Of a stretch of 64,000 bases of DNA, positions 33,489 to 43,336 are shown piece by piece. Position numbers and translations under genes: made by a program. The first letter of the stretch is position 1, and each line of letters starts with the position of its first letter. This DNA is from Lachnospiraceae bacterium UBA1201 (GTDB lineage: Bacteria > Bacillota > Clostridia > Lachnospirales > Lachnospiraceae). The stretch spans positions 5,374 through 69,373 of the forward strand of contig DBXX01000016.1 of the NCBI GenBank assembly GCA_002309675.1, given 5' to 3'. The notes below the pieces were generated by a model. It made no database searches and was not told the origin of the DNA. It saw nothing but the letters and a program-made list of their open reading frames with translations.

Positions 33489-35603
33489 TCAATTATCTTC
33501 TTCGGTTTCCCCGACATTCTCCGGGGAGGTTTCCTCCGACGTCTCCGGCTCCTCACGGAATACATGCACCTCATAATCAAAGGTCGTTCCGTTACCGGCT
33601 GTCACGCGGATCGTAAATACATTCTCGCCGTAAGAGAGTTCTTTCTTTCCTGCTCCTTCGACCGACGCTTCTTTCTTACCGCGTCCGCCGGATGCTGCAT
33701 TTTCGATCACATTCGCGATCGCTTTAGCATCAAACGTGATGCTTCTGACGTTTTCGTCAACGTAGACATCATAGCGGAAAATGCTGCGGTCAAACTCAGG
33801 TTCTAACCGCGGAAGCGTAGGCTCAGGTTCGGTCTCGGGTTCGCTCTCAACCTCCGATGTAGTATCTTCGGAAGATCCCCCGATCGTTTCCTCCGTCTCA
33901 GGATACTCCGTCGTCGGCTCGATCGTCTCTATCTCTTCGATCGAAAGCATCTGCAGGTACGCATTCGGGTTTCCGTCGATCTCCGGCTTCGGTGCGGGCG
34001 TCTCCGGCATGTTCTCGAAGACGGGAATGTAGAAAATGTAGCCATTGTCCATACATCCCAGTTCCGTGTAAGCCTTCGCCGTGCGTACTGCCTCGTTACG
34101 CGCCGCCAGCAGGTTTTGCATATACTGATGACGATACAGGGCATAGGCGCCGTTCTTGATGACGTTGAACTTCTGCAGGTATAAAGTGAACTGACCGGCC
34201 GCGATGTATTTCTGTACGATCCTCTCGGCACCGCCGCGTATCGCATTTACCGGGCTGTCCCATCCGTTTTCCTTCGCATACGTCAGACCGTTTTCTATGA
34301 TCTCCGTATCCGTAACACCGGAAGCTCCGAAATTGAAATAGTTATAATATCCTTCAAAGCCTTCGTATTTCCCGCTGATCAGGGCACTCTTTCCTTCGGT
34401 CCCCTGCTCCTGGCGGAGCCGTACTGCCAGCATATAAGGGCTGATTCCGTACTCTTCGGCCAATGTGACGATGCACTCCGCATAGGTCTGCCCGTCGGCG
34501 CCGTATAAAGCGAACGCCTTCGTCGACTTCTGCTCGGTATCATTTACCCGGCGCTGTGTCAGCGGGTAGTATCCGTACGCCGCACGTTTCACGTAGAGTC
34601 GGTCCATGTGATCGATGTCGCCGTCCCGATCGGTGTCTGCCGCAAATAGGTACGGTTCTTCCAACGGATAATAGTTCAGGAAATGACGCTTAAAGTACAG
34701 ATAATCGAGCTTCGTATGCTGTCCGTCGCCGTTCGTGTCACCGTAGATCAGGCACGTATAGGTCGCATGCGCTGGTTCTACATAGTCCTCCGGGAGCTCT
34801 TCGGCATCCCACAGCAACTCTCCATCCGATACCGTGACCAGATCTCCGGTACAGATCCGTGCTCCGTCTTCCTTCGCACTGTGATCTGCATTCCATATCC
34901 GGATGGTCTTACCGGGCTCGCAGGCGATCAGCTTCAAAAAGTCTTCTTTCTTCGTATCCGGCTCGATTCCGGTAACAAAGCCTTCCTGAATAAGCAGTGT
35001 CGGCTTCACAACATAGGTGTGTGCCATGAAACCGCCGGAAAGGATCTTTTCGACACCGTCCAGTGTCTGCACCATCGGGTTCGATGCCAGATATTCGAAC
35101 TGGAAGATCTCCTCCGAATTCAGGAAATTACGCGGATCCATATAGTAGGCGATCGCTTCCCGCGAAGCCTGGACCCAGTTTGGAGCACTCATGATAACGA
35201 ACGCATTCTGATCGAAATCGAAGGTGATATTTCCGTCGACCGGATCCGTCGCATGGAAGGAAGTCGGATAATTCACCGTGTTCGGCGTCAGGTTGATGCG
35301 ATAGCCGGACTCTCCGTCGAGAGCCTCGTCCCAGGAAAGCCCCGTCTGATACGGCAGAAATGCCCAGTTCGGATGCTCTTGGTGAAGTTCTGTCAGTTTT
35401 TCATAGTAACTTTCCGGAAAGCCCAACTGGTTCAGCAGCAGTTCGTACGCCGGGTCTTTCTCTGCAAATACATCAAAAAAACCCGCATGAAAGAAACCCC
35501 CGCAGATGAAAGCGAGGGAGAACAGCAGGATCATTATAATGCTGCAAATTCTCTTCCTTCGTTTCAAAGCCTTGCTCCTTAAAGGTAAGTCGAATGCTTG
35601 CAT
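33489..35603 (-). CDS. Secreted or anchored peptidoglycan hydrolase-like protein (GH73 glucosaminidase-like) with internal dockerin-type repeats and a C-terminal cadherin-like beta-sandwich domain
   Basis: The N-terminus has a signal anchor. YYMDPRNFLNSEEIFQFEYL and YGISPYMLAVRLRQEQGTEG...YYNYFNFGASG resemble clostridial glucosaminidase autolysins. GDTNGDGQHTKLDYLYFKRHFL and ADTDRDGDIDHMDRLYVKRAAYG are dockerin-like EF-hand repeats. The C-terminal motif is ..FRYDVYVDENVRSITFDAKA...GENVFTIRVTAGNGTTFDYEVHVFR. Confidence 0.6.
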   Translation of the reverse strand: MQAFDLPLRSKALKRRKRICSIIMILLFSLAFICGGFFHAGFFDVFAEKDPAYELLLNQLGFPESYYEKLTELHQEHPNWAFLPYQTGLSWDEALDGESGYRINLTPNTVNYPTSFHATDPVDGNITFDFDQNAFVIMSAPNWVQASREAIAYYMDPRNFLNSEEIFQFEYLASNPMVQTLDGVEKILSGGFMAHTYVVKPTLLIQEGFVTGIEPDTKKEDFLKLIACEPGKTIRIWNADHSAKEDGARICTGDLVTVSDGELLWDAEELPEDYVEPAHATYTCLIYGDTNGDGQHTKLDYLYFKRHFLNYYPLEEPYLFAADTDRDGDIDHMDRLYVKRAAYGYYPLTQRRVNDTEQKSTKAFALYGADGQTYAECIVTLAEEYGISPYMLAVRLRQEQGTEGKSALISGKYEGFEGYYNYFNFGASGVTDTEIIENGLTYAKENGWDSPVNAIRGGAERIVQKYIAAGQFTLYLQKFNVIKNGAYALYRHQYMQNLLAARNEAVRTAKAYTELGCMDNGYIFYIPVFENMPETPAPKPEIDGNPNAYLQMLSIEEIETIEPTTEYPETEETIGGSSEDTTSEVESEPETEPEPTLPRLEPEFDRSIFRYDVYVDENVRSITFDAKAIANVIENAASGGRGKKEASVEGAGKKELSYGENVFTIRVTAGNGTTFDYEVHVFREEPETSEETSPENVGETEEDN

Positions 35604-35671
35604 AAGGCATTCCGATGAAGTACCGATGTAAGTATACTATTCTTTACGGTATTTGTCAAGAAATCCGACCA

Positions 35672-35701
35672 TGGAAAATGCCCCTGCACGGGGCAGGGGC
35701 A
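35672..35701 (-). terminator. Intrinsic terminator after rubrerythrin
   Basis: Minus strand reads GCCCCTGC-CCCG-TGCAGGGGC followed by ATTTTCC. Confidence 0.65.
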
Positions 35702-35724
35702 CCGATAGGATCTATGCGATTTTA

Positions 35725-36273
35725 TCAGTAATTATCAGCGGAGATCTCGAAGAAACTCTGCGGATGCGCGCAGGTCGGGCATACCTCGGGCGCCTTCTCC
35801 CCGACCACGATGTGGCCGCAGTTTCTGCACTCCCAAACCTTCACTGTACTCTTAGCAAATACCTGTGCGGTCTCGATGTTCTTAAGCAACGCACGATAAC
35901 GCTCCTCGTGGCGCTTCTCGATAGCTGCTACCAGGCGGAATCTTTCAGCCAGCTCGGTAAAGCCTTCTGCTTCTGCCGTCTTTGCGAACTCTTCGTACAT
36001 GTCGGTCCACTCGTAGTTCTCACCGTCTGCGGCCGCATTCAGGTTCTCTGCGGTGTCGCCGATGCCGTTCAGCTCCTTAAACCATAATTTTGCGTGCTCT
36101 TTTTCATTGTCCGCTGTCTTCAGAAACAGATCCGCGATCTGCTCGAAGCCTTCTTTCTTTGCTTTCGAAGCAAAATATGTGTACTTGTTTCTCGCCATGG
36201 ATTCGCCGGCAAATGCGGCTTCCAGGTTCTTCTCGGTCTGCGTTCCCGCGTACTTATTCTGTGCCATGATCAT
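35725..36273 (-). CDS. rbr: Rubrerythrin
   Basis: There is a ferritin-like diiron domain ([25 protein letters not shown]...EKEHAKLW...EKRHEERY) and a C-terminal rubredoxin-like CRNCG...CPTC. The true start may be the third codon (ATG at 36265-36267). Confidence 0.9.
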   Translation of the reverse strand: MIMAQNKYAGTQTEKNLEAAFAGESMARNKYTYFASKAKKEGFEQIADLFLKTADNEKEHAKLWFKELNGIGDTAENLNAAADGENYEWTDMYEEFAKTAEAEGFTELAERFRLVAAIEKRHEERYRALLKNIETAQVFAKSTVKVWECRNCGHIVVGEKAPEVCPTCAHPQSFFEISADNY

Positions 36274-36478
36274 TCTCCTTTGCTGTAAGGGGGACCCCCG
36301 TTCTTATTTTCGTCCGTTTCTTCCGGACCGGTTATTTTGATTATATCACACTATACCCCATCGGTCAAAAGGATTTTCTCTACAATTCTCCCATTTTACG
36401 TTGTATTTTTAGAGAAACGTGGTAAACTAGAAGGTAATGAACTTATACAACACTGAAGGTGTGGAAAGTGAGGTTATT

Positions 36479-38017
36479 ATGAGTGTTGAAAAACGTGGCA
36501 AATGGGGCTCCCGTTCCCAGTTCATCCTGGCGGCCATAGGTTCCGCAGTCGGTCTGGGCAATGCATGGCGCTTTCCGGGACTGGCAGCGAAGCATGGCGG
36601 CGGCGCCTTTTTGCTGGCCTATCTGATCGCAATGGTAGCGATCGGCATCCCCTTCCTGATGATGGAGATCGCCATCGGACGTAAGATGCATCGTGGTGTT
36701 CCGGGTGCCCTTCGTGCGATCAATAAGCATGCCGAACCCGTCGGCTGGTTCGCTGTATCGAACGCTTTTGTCATCTCCGTTTATTATGCGGTCGTATTCG
36801 CCTGGGTCATCCTGATGGCATTTGCAAGCTTCAAATTTGCCGGGATCACCGGTGACACCGGCGCAGCATCCGGAATTTGGGCAGATCTCATCAAGACCAC
36901 CGGAACCACTTCCGGATATGATACGATCTCAAGTTACGTGTTTATCTGCCTGCTTCTGGCCTGGGTACTTATCTACTCCTGTATCCGTAACGGCACGGGA
37001 ACCGTAGGAAAAGTCGTTAAATACACTGTATTTCTTCCGATCCTCTGTCTGTTGATTCTGGCCGGTAAGGGTATATTTATGTCCGGTGCTTTCGAAGGTC
37101 TGAATAAATTCTTCGTTCCCGATTTCGGTGAGTGGGCGAAGTCCGACCTCTGGATCGATGCCGTCGGCCAAGTCTTCTACTCCCTGTCCATCATGATGGC
37201 TATCATGGTCGCCTATGGTTCCTTCCTGAAGGAAGACAGCAACATCGCAAAGGACGCGATGATCATCGCATTTTCCGATTTCGCCATCAGTGTCCTCTCC
37301 GGTATCGTTCTGTTCACGACCATGGCGGGTACCGGAAGCCTCGACAGCATGACCGAATCCGGTATCGTTACAGCGTTCATCGTCTACCCGCAGTCCATTG
37401 TCCAACTTTCCGGAAACGGCGTGGTCAACGCCCTGTTTGCCTTTGTATTCTATTTCTGCCTGTGTACGCTTGCGATCGATAGCGCTTTTTCCATCATCGA
37501 AGGTGTTTCCACTGCGATCTCCGATAAGTTCGGCCTGTCGCATAAGAAGACGACGCTTCGCGTTTGTCTCGTAGCCGGTATCCTCTCGATCTGGTTCACG
37601 ACCGGCGCAGGCCTCGCATGGCTTGACATCGTTGACAACTGGTGTAACGCGTACAGCCTGATCTTAGTCGGTATCCTCGAAGCGCTCACCATCGGCTGGC
37701 TGTTCAATCCCAGGAGAGTCCTTAAGGAAGTCAACCGCAACACGGGCAAGTTTAAAATGCCTGCATGGTGGTTCGTGATCTCGATCAAGCTTCTGGCCCC
37801 TCTGACGCTCCTCGGCTTCTTCATCTGGAACATCGTAACTCTGGTCGATGCAGGCGGCATCTATGGTGCAAAAGACGGCTACTCTCTCGCCTCCAACATC
37901 ATCGGAGGATGGCTGATCCTGGCTCTCTGCATCGCCAGCGGTTTCATCGTTAAAGCCATTGAAAAACGCATCTCAAAAGACAGTGTTGTCGGCGATGAAG
38001 ATACATGGGTCGATTGA
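36479..38017 (+). CDS. Sodium-dependent transporter, SNF (neurotransmitter:sodium symporter) family
   Basis: From MSVEKRGKWGSRSQFILAAIGSAVGLGNAWRFP (hallmark GLGNxWRFP) there are about 11-12 TMs. It is the only plus-strand gene in the window. The ORF-track start at 36437 is an alternative. Confidence 0.9.
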   Translation: MSVEKRGKWGSRSQFILAAIGSAVGLGNAWRFPGLAAKHGGGAFLLAYLIAMVAIGIPFLMMEIAIGRKMHRGVPGALRAINKHAEPVGWFAVSNAFVISVYYAVVFAWVILMAFASFKFAGITGDTGAASGIWADLIKTTGTTSGYDTISSYVFICLLLAWVLIYSCIRNGTGTVGKVVKYTVFLPILCLLILAGKGIFMSGAFEGLNKFFVPDFGEWAKSDLWIDAVGQVFYSLSIMMAIMVAYGSFLKEDSNIAKDAMIIAFSDFAISVLSGIVLFTTMAGTGSLDSMTESGIVTAFIVYPQSIVQLSGNGVVNALFAFVFYFCLCTLAIDSAFSIIEGVSTAISDKFGLSHKKTTLRVCLVAGILSIWFTTGAGLAWLDIVDNWCNAYSLILVGILEALTIGWLFNPRRVLKEVNRNTGKFKMPAWWFVISIKLLAPLTLLGFFIWNIVTLVDAGGIYGAKDGYSLASNIIGGWLILALCIASGFIVKAIEKRISKDSVVGDEDTWVD

Positions 38018-38039
38018 TCCGATAACCGAATAAATCACC

Positions 38040-38072
38040 AAAAGGCTGCGACACTTATGTGCCGCAGCCTTT
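38040..38072. terminator. Hairpin between convergent genes (bidirectional terminator candidate)
   Basis: It reads AAAGGCTGCG-ACACTTATGTGC-CGCAGCCTTT and lies between the transporter stop and the esterase stop. Confidence 0.6.
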
Positions 38073-38074
38073 AA

Positions 38075-39007
38075 TTATTCGCCACTCACCAGGCGCTTGA
38101 AGAAGGTGGTCTGGTCTTTGTTGCAACGCTCCGCGATCGGCAGTCGGATGTTCACGTGGAACACATGGCCGACCTCGTGGTCTTCCTTCTTTCCATAGAT
38201 ACGAGACTGTACAGAAATGCCCTTTTTACGCAGGAAGGAAGCAAACGGACGGCATTCCTCCCTCAGGGAATCATTTGCCGCAGAAAAGATGTAAGTCGGC
38301 GGATAATCCGCCGTGATGTACGCAGAAACCTCGGTACGAGGATCCTGCGCCATGCTCTCATCACCGAAATAATCCAGCATCATCTCGTTGTGCGGACCCG
38401 TTATCTTGCTTCGCAGCTCATACAAGCCGCAGGCCAGCGATATTCCTCGCAAGATCACGCCTCGCGGCATCATAAAGCCAAATAACTTCGCATATGCTTT
38501 ATTCGTGCAGATCGCCGCGAACTGGCTTACGAGCTGTGCTCCCGCCGAATCGCCGACCATGAACAGGTTGGTTTTATCCAGTTTGTATTTTCTCGCATTG
38601 GCCGAGATCCACTTAAATACGGCCAATGTATCCGCTAACGGTGCAGGAAACTGATTCAGCGGAGCCAGACGGTAATTGAAATTCACAACGGCAAAACCGA
38701 ACTGTGAAAGACGCATCGCATAAAAACGATACAGTTCCTTATCGCCGTAGAAATAACCGCCGCCGTGAACGTTTACGATCACCGGAAGAGTCTTCCCCGC
38801 CTCCTTCACCGGTCGATAAACGTCCAACAGGTTCTCTTCGCCGTACGGACCATATGAAATGTCCCGAAACTTCTCAATGTCCTCGGGCTCGGTCAGGCCG
38901 GCATCGCGCTTCGCGTCGCTCATGGCCCATAGTTTTCGTGTCATAGTGACCCTGGCCGGAATCTTCTCCTGTGTATCCGGCTTTTTCGATGTCCCTTTTT
39001 TCACCAT
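38075..39007 (-). CDS. Alpha/beta hydrolase (esterase/lipase, HSL-like)
   Basis: It has the oxyanion motif HGGGYFYGD and the nucleophile elbow GDSAGA. Confidence 0.8.
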   Translation of the reverse strand: MVKKGTSKKPDTQEKIPARVTMTRKLWAMSDAKRDAGLTEPEDIEKFRDISYGPYGEENLLDVYRPVKEAGKTLPVIVNVHGGGYFYGDKELYRFYAMRLSQFGFAVVNFNYRLAPLNQFPAPLADTLAVFKWISANARKYKLDKTNLFMVGDSAGAQLVSQFAAICTNKAYAKLFGFMMPRGVILRGISLACGLYELRSKITGPHNEMMLDYFGDESMAQDPRTEVSAYITADYPPTYIFSAANDSLREECRPFASFLRKKGISVQSRIYGKKEDHEVGHVFHVNIRLPIAERCNKDQTTFFKRLVSGE

Positions 39008-39078
39008 ATTTCACCCTCTTTATATCCCGTTCTGTTATTCATCTGTCGATGATTCATTATCGCATTATATCATTCTTT

Positions 39079-40818
39079 TTACTCTTTTTTCTCTGCGCTC
39101 TGGATGCGGTTCATGCGCGCATAGCGCCCGCCCAGGGCAATAAGTTCTTCGTGTGTGCCCTCTTCGATCAGGCGACCTTCTTCGATGACGAGGATCTTAT
39201 CCGCGTTACGGATCGTAGAAAGTCGGTGAGCGATGGCGATGATCGTCCGGCTTCCTGCGATGTTGGCGATTGCCTCCTGAATCTGGTGCTCCGTCTCAAC
39301 GTCGACGGAGGCCGTCGCCTCATCCAGGATGATGATCGGCGATTTGCGCAGAATCGCACGTGAGATGGCCACGCGCTGCTTCTGACCGCCGGAGAGGCGC
39401 AGTCCGCGCTCTCCCACTAAGGTATTATATCCGTCCGGCATGTGCATGATATCCTCGTGGATATTCGCCGCTTTTGCCGCTTCCATGATCGCTTCGAGCC
39501 CGGCTTCAGGCTCGGCGTAACCGATGTTTTCGGCGATCGTTCCATTAAACAGGAAGGTATCCTGTAACACGGGGGAAATGTTCTTACGCAGGCTTTCGAT
39601 GGTGACATCCATCAGATCCTTACCGTCGATCCGGATGCTGCCTCCGGTAGGTTGATAGAACCGTGAGATCAGCTTCGTAAGCGTCGTCTTTCCGACGCCG
39701 GTCGGGCCGACGAGTGCCAGCATTTTCCCGGCCTCGCACTTGAATGATATATCATTCAGCACCACATCGCCGGTCTCATAGGAGAAGCTGACATGGTCGA
39801 ATTCGATCTCTCCTTTAACGTCCGTGAGCGGAGTTGCATTTTCCTTATCTACGATCTCGCAGGGAGCGTCCAAAATACTCATGACACGCTCCGCACCTGC
39901 CATGGACTGCTGCATGTTCTCCAGCAGGTTCGCGAGTCCTGTGACCGGAGCGTAGAACAGACCCAGATACAGCAGAAATGCAACGATCGACTCGACCTGC
40001 ATGCCCTCCTTCCATGCCAGATAACCGCCGAACGAAACGACCAGAATGGTTCCGATCGAGGAAATGAACTCGACACAGGGGTGAAAGATCGCACTGATCT
40101 TCAGGGCCTTCAGCATCGCGGAAATGTGCTCGAAATTCTTTACATTGACCTGCTCGGTCTCATACTCCTCACGGCCGAACGACTGGATCTCCTGGATACC
40201 GGAGAGGTTATCCTGGAGTTTGCCGTTCAGTTCACCCATCTTCTTCTGGGAAGCGCGGAAAAACGGACGCACCTTTTTAGAGAAGAAAATGCCGGATAAG
40301 AAGATCAGCGGAATCGGCGCGCAGGTGATCAGCGCCAGTTTCAGATCGATCGTCAACAGGATGATCAAAGCGCCGACGAAGGTCATGATATTCGTGATCG
40401 TGTCCGGTATCATGTGCGCATACAAGAGTTCAAAATCGCGCGTATCATTGACGATGCGGCTCATCAGGTCGCCTGTCTGCTTATCGTGGAAATAGCCGAT
40501 GTGCATGCGCTCCAGCTTATCATAGGTCCGTGTACGCAGGTCGCCGACCAGAAACCAGGCCGCCTTATGCGCCAGGTAATTATTTAAGAAGCGGAAAATG
40601 ATACGAAGCAGATATAAGCCGATCAATAGCCCGGTCAGGCCCCAGATCCGCTTCATCCCTGCATCGTCCACACCTTTGCTGACGATTCCCGTCATGGCGG
40701 ACATGACGCGGGGAGCCGCCAGGTTAACGGCCGTCAAAAGCAGCGTTGACAGGATGGCGATGATATACAAGGTCCGATAGCGTATGGCTTCCCGGCTCAG
40801 TCTCAATAACATTTTCAT
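39079..40818 (-). CDS. ABC transporter, fused permease/ATP-binding protein (MsbA/MdlB-type exporter)
   Basis: The 579-aa product has a six-TM domain followed by an NBD with [17 protein letters not shown] and ILDEATASVD. Confidence 0.9.
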   Translation of the reverse strand: MKMLLRLSREAIRYRTLYIIAILSTLLLTAVNLAAPRVMSAMTGIVSKGVDDAGMKRIWGLTGLLIGLYLLRIIFRFLNNYLAHKAAWFLVGDLRTRTYDKLERMHIGYFHDKQTGDLMSRIVNDTRDFELLYAHMIPDTITNIMTFVGALIILLTIDLKLALITCAPIPLIFLSGIFFSKKVRPFFRASQKKMGELNGKLQDNLSGIQEIQSFGREEYETEQVNVKNFEHISAMLKALKISAIFHPCVEFISSIGTILVVSFGGYLAWKEGMQVESIVAFLLYLGLFYAPVTGLANLLENMQQSMAGAERVMSILDAPCEIVDKENATPLTDVKGEIEFDHVSFSYETGDVVLNDISFKCEAGKMLALVGPTGVGKTTLTKLISRFYQPTGGSIRIDGKDLMDVTIESLRKNISPVLQDTFLFNGTIAENIGYAEPEAGLEAIMEAAKAANIHEDIMHMPDGYNTLVGERGLRLSGGQKQRVAISRAILRKSPIIILDEATASVDVETEHQIQEAIANIAGSRTIIAIAHRLSTIRNADKILVIEEGRLIEEGTHEELIALGGRYARMNRIQSAEKKE

Positions 40819-40840
40819 AGTAAACCCTCCACATGATCCG

Positions 40841-43336
40841 TCAGCGAATCATAACACCTTCCGTAGGTTTCAGTTTTACGACGGCGCGTACGATGATCAT
40901 ATGAATGATCACCGAGAAAAAGAGTAAGATGACGGCAGCCACGACCCAGGCCGTGATCTGCGGATCCCGGATGATATGGAACTGGCGTCCCTCCATCAAA
41001 CGCAGGATCTTACCGGAAAGCCAGGTTCCGCCGATAATTCCGAGCACGATGCCGGCCACATGGGTCAGGATCGACTCTCCGAGCACATATCCGGCCGTCT
41101 CCATCGCCGTAAAGCCGTTGATGCGCATGACCACCAGGCTGCCTTTTTTTCGATAATATTGCAGGTAGATCAGGTTGATCAGGACGCCGCCCGCCATAAA
41201 CGCGGCGATCGCAGCCAGCAGGGCAGCTACGGCATTCAGGGCGGTCGTATATTTCATATACTCCTGCTTCTTATCACTCGTCCGCATCACATGGACCGGA
41301 AGTTGTGACAGTTTCTCGCAAAGCGGATCGCACGTTTTCTCCCCGCATCGGATCAGAAAACAGTTATTCTCCGGCTTCTCTTTGTAGATTTCTTCGTATG
41401 AGGAAACCGTCAGTAAGAGATGCCCTCCTACATAGTGCTTATAGATTCCGACAACATCCACGACTTCCAGGTCCATCCGGCTATCCAGAAGGAACATGTT
41501 ATCGCCGATTCTGATATTTCCCGTCTCCGAAGCACGAAGCGGAATATATACACCCGTGGTCTTCAACTGCCCGAAATGCCCGCCGTTTTCGGTATCTTCT
41601 GCCGAGAAAAAGTTTTCCAGCCCCTCGGGATCTGCACAGAGCAGTTCGCCTCCGTTTATCCGTTCTTCGGCGTAATACAGGCATTCGCGTTCGAGGACCT
41701 CGACCCAGCCTCCGTTCGCGTCCCGTTCCTTCAGGCCGAACGAAAGAAGGACATCCCGGATCTTCTGCTGTAACGACTCACCTCCGGCAGCCTCTGTCGC
41801 ATCGAAGCTGACCTTCAGGTCGTAGTGTTCCACATCGGTGAACTGGCGCCCGATCGATTTCGAGATCGCAAATTTAATGGAAAATCCCGTCACGAGCAAT
41901 ACCATACATCCGGTTATCGATACCGCGATCATCAGGAGACGCCATTTTTCACGCCGCATCTGCCTGCGGATCATGCGGGCGTAGAACCCGTATTTGGATG
42001 TGTGCCTTGCTTTTCGGCTTCTTCCGTATCTCCTCGGCGGTGTTTTTATCTCATCCCGTTCATTCAGCAGGGACAATGCGGGCCTTCGGATCAGGCCGAC
42101 ACAGGCGATGCCCGCTGCCGCAGTCGCGATCAACATACCTACAACGAAAACCACAAGCGCCGCGCCGGGCAAAAAAGCCGGATAGCCCATACCGTAAACA
42201 TAAAAACGTCCGTAGATCAACAGCAATATCATCTGAACGATACCGAAACCCACGAGCGTGCCGACCAGCATTCCGGCAACAGCCGGAGCCACGCCTGCCA
42301 TCAGATACCTCGTTGCGATCTCCTTATCTGTCATGCCGACCGCCTTCGCGGTTCCGATCTGCCTCTTATCTTCTTCCACCATACGATGGATCGAGGAAAA
42401 GATCACCAGGGCGCCGACGATCACAAACATGAAGGCGAAGGTCCTGCCGATGTCGCTGACATTATCCACGGCCGTGCGGATCGCGAAGCTGTACATGGAG
42501 CTCCACACATCCAACACCATCCATGGCTCGGCATCATTTCCGCCGGCCAATGCGTATGTAAGGATCATCTCCGCCGACAACCCGTCCGGATCACCGGACA
42601 TCTGCTGTCCGATGTCCTGCGCCGCCAGAAGGTATAAGCGCTTCATGACCCGGTCGACCTTCTCCTGATACTCTTGTGAAAAACGGTCACATCCCTCGCT
42701 TCCTTCGACCCGAAGGATCGCTTTCATGCAGCGGTTATCTATCGCCTCGAGGTCGAAAGCCTCTTTTCTGACGATCATATATCGGTTTCCGGGCACCTGG
42801 ATCGGCAGGCAGGCATGTTCCGCATGCTGCGCTATGCCGCACACCAAAAAGCGCCGGATCGCCAGTGCATCGGCTTCTCCTACTTCGATCGTATCTCCGA
42901 CGGATATCCCCAATTCTTCCAAAACCGGGAGTTCCAGCAGACATTCTTCTGCCGTTTCCGGCATCCGTCCTTCCTTCAGAATCACGGTATTGATCTGCTC
43001 CGTCAGGGAAATGACGTCAAATCCGGTTGCATTGCCCGAGTTGGAACGCGCGGTCGTGTACCACAGCGGTTCCACGGCCGCAACACCCTCCGTATGCCGG
43101 ATCGCTTCCAGATCCTCCCCGGACAGAAGTTTCGATGTCGAGATCTCTATATCCCGGAATGCAGTATCTTTCCAGAACCTGCCGATGTTGTTCTTCATGG
43201 CCTGCGCCGTATCGATGATCCCGAGATACGCCATCACGGCAAGCATAGCCACAACAAAAACAGACAGACAGGCTGCCCTCTGTCTTCGCATGTAGCGTAT
43301 ACATAGTGTTCTTTGCGTTTTCTTCATGGTCACCAT
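40841..43336 (-). CDS. ABC permease with two FtsX domains (MacB/YbbP-like)
   Basis: The 831-aa product has two copies of a TM plus external domain plus 3-TM FtsX unit. It overlaps or abuts the upstream ATPase gene. An alternative start is the ATG at 43325-43327. Confidence 0.8.
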   Translation of the reverse strand: MVTMKKTQRTLCIRYMRRQRAACLSVFVVAMLAVMAYLGIIDTAQAMKNNIGRFWKDTAFRDIEISTSKLLSGEDLEAIRHTEGVAAVEPLWYTTARSNSGNATGFDVISLTEQINTVILKEGRMPETAEECLLELPVLEELGISVGDTIEVGEADALAIRRFLVCGIAQHAEHACLPIQVPGNRYMIVRKEAFDLEAIDNRCMKAILRVEGSEGCDRFSQEYQEKVDRVMKRLYLLAAQDIGQQMSGDPDGLSAEMILTYALAGGNDAEPWMVLDVWSSMYSFAIRTAVDNVSDIGRTFAFMFVIVGALVIFSSIHRMVEEDKRQIGTAKAVGMTDKEIATRYLMAGVAPAVAGMLVGTLVGFGIVQMILLLIYGRFYVYGMGYPAFLPGAALVVFVVGMLIATAAAGIACVGLIRRPALSLLNERDEIKTPPRRYGRSRKARHTSKYGFYARMIRRQMRREKWRLLMIAVSITGCMVLLVTGFSIKFAISKSIGRQFTDVEHYDLKVSFDATEAAGGESLQQKIRDVLLSFGLKERDANGGWVEVLERECLYYAEERINGGELLCADPEGLENFFSAEDTENGGHFGQLKTTGVYIPLRASETGNIRIGDNMFLLDSRMDLEVVDVVGIYKHYVGGHLLLTVSSYEEIYKEKPENNCFLIRCGEKTCDPLCEKLSQLPVHVMRTSDKKQEYMKYTTALNAVAALLAAIAAFMAGGVLINLIYLQYYRKKGSLVVMRINGFTAMETAGYVLGESILTHVAGIVLGIIGGTWLSGKILRLMEGRQFHIIRDPQITAWVVAAVILLFFSVIIHMIIVRAVVKLKPTEGVMIR

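Noticed and set aside
36274-36436. A possible PerR/Fur-type box in the divergent rubrerythrin/SNF-transporter promoter region.
   Set aside because: I could not find a convincing TTATAAT-n-ATTATAA-like palindrome. There is only generic AT-rich sequence.
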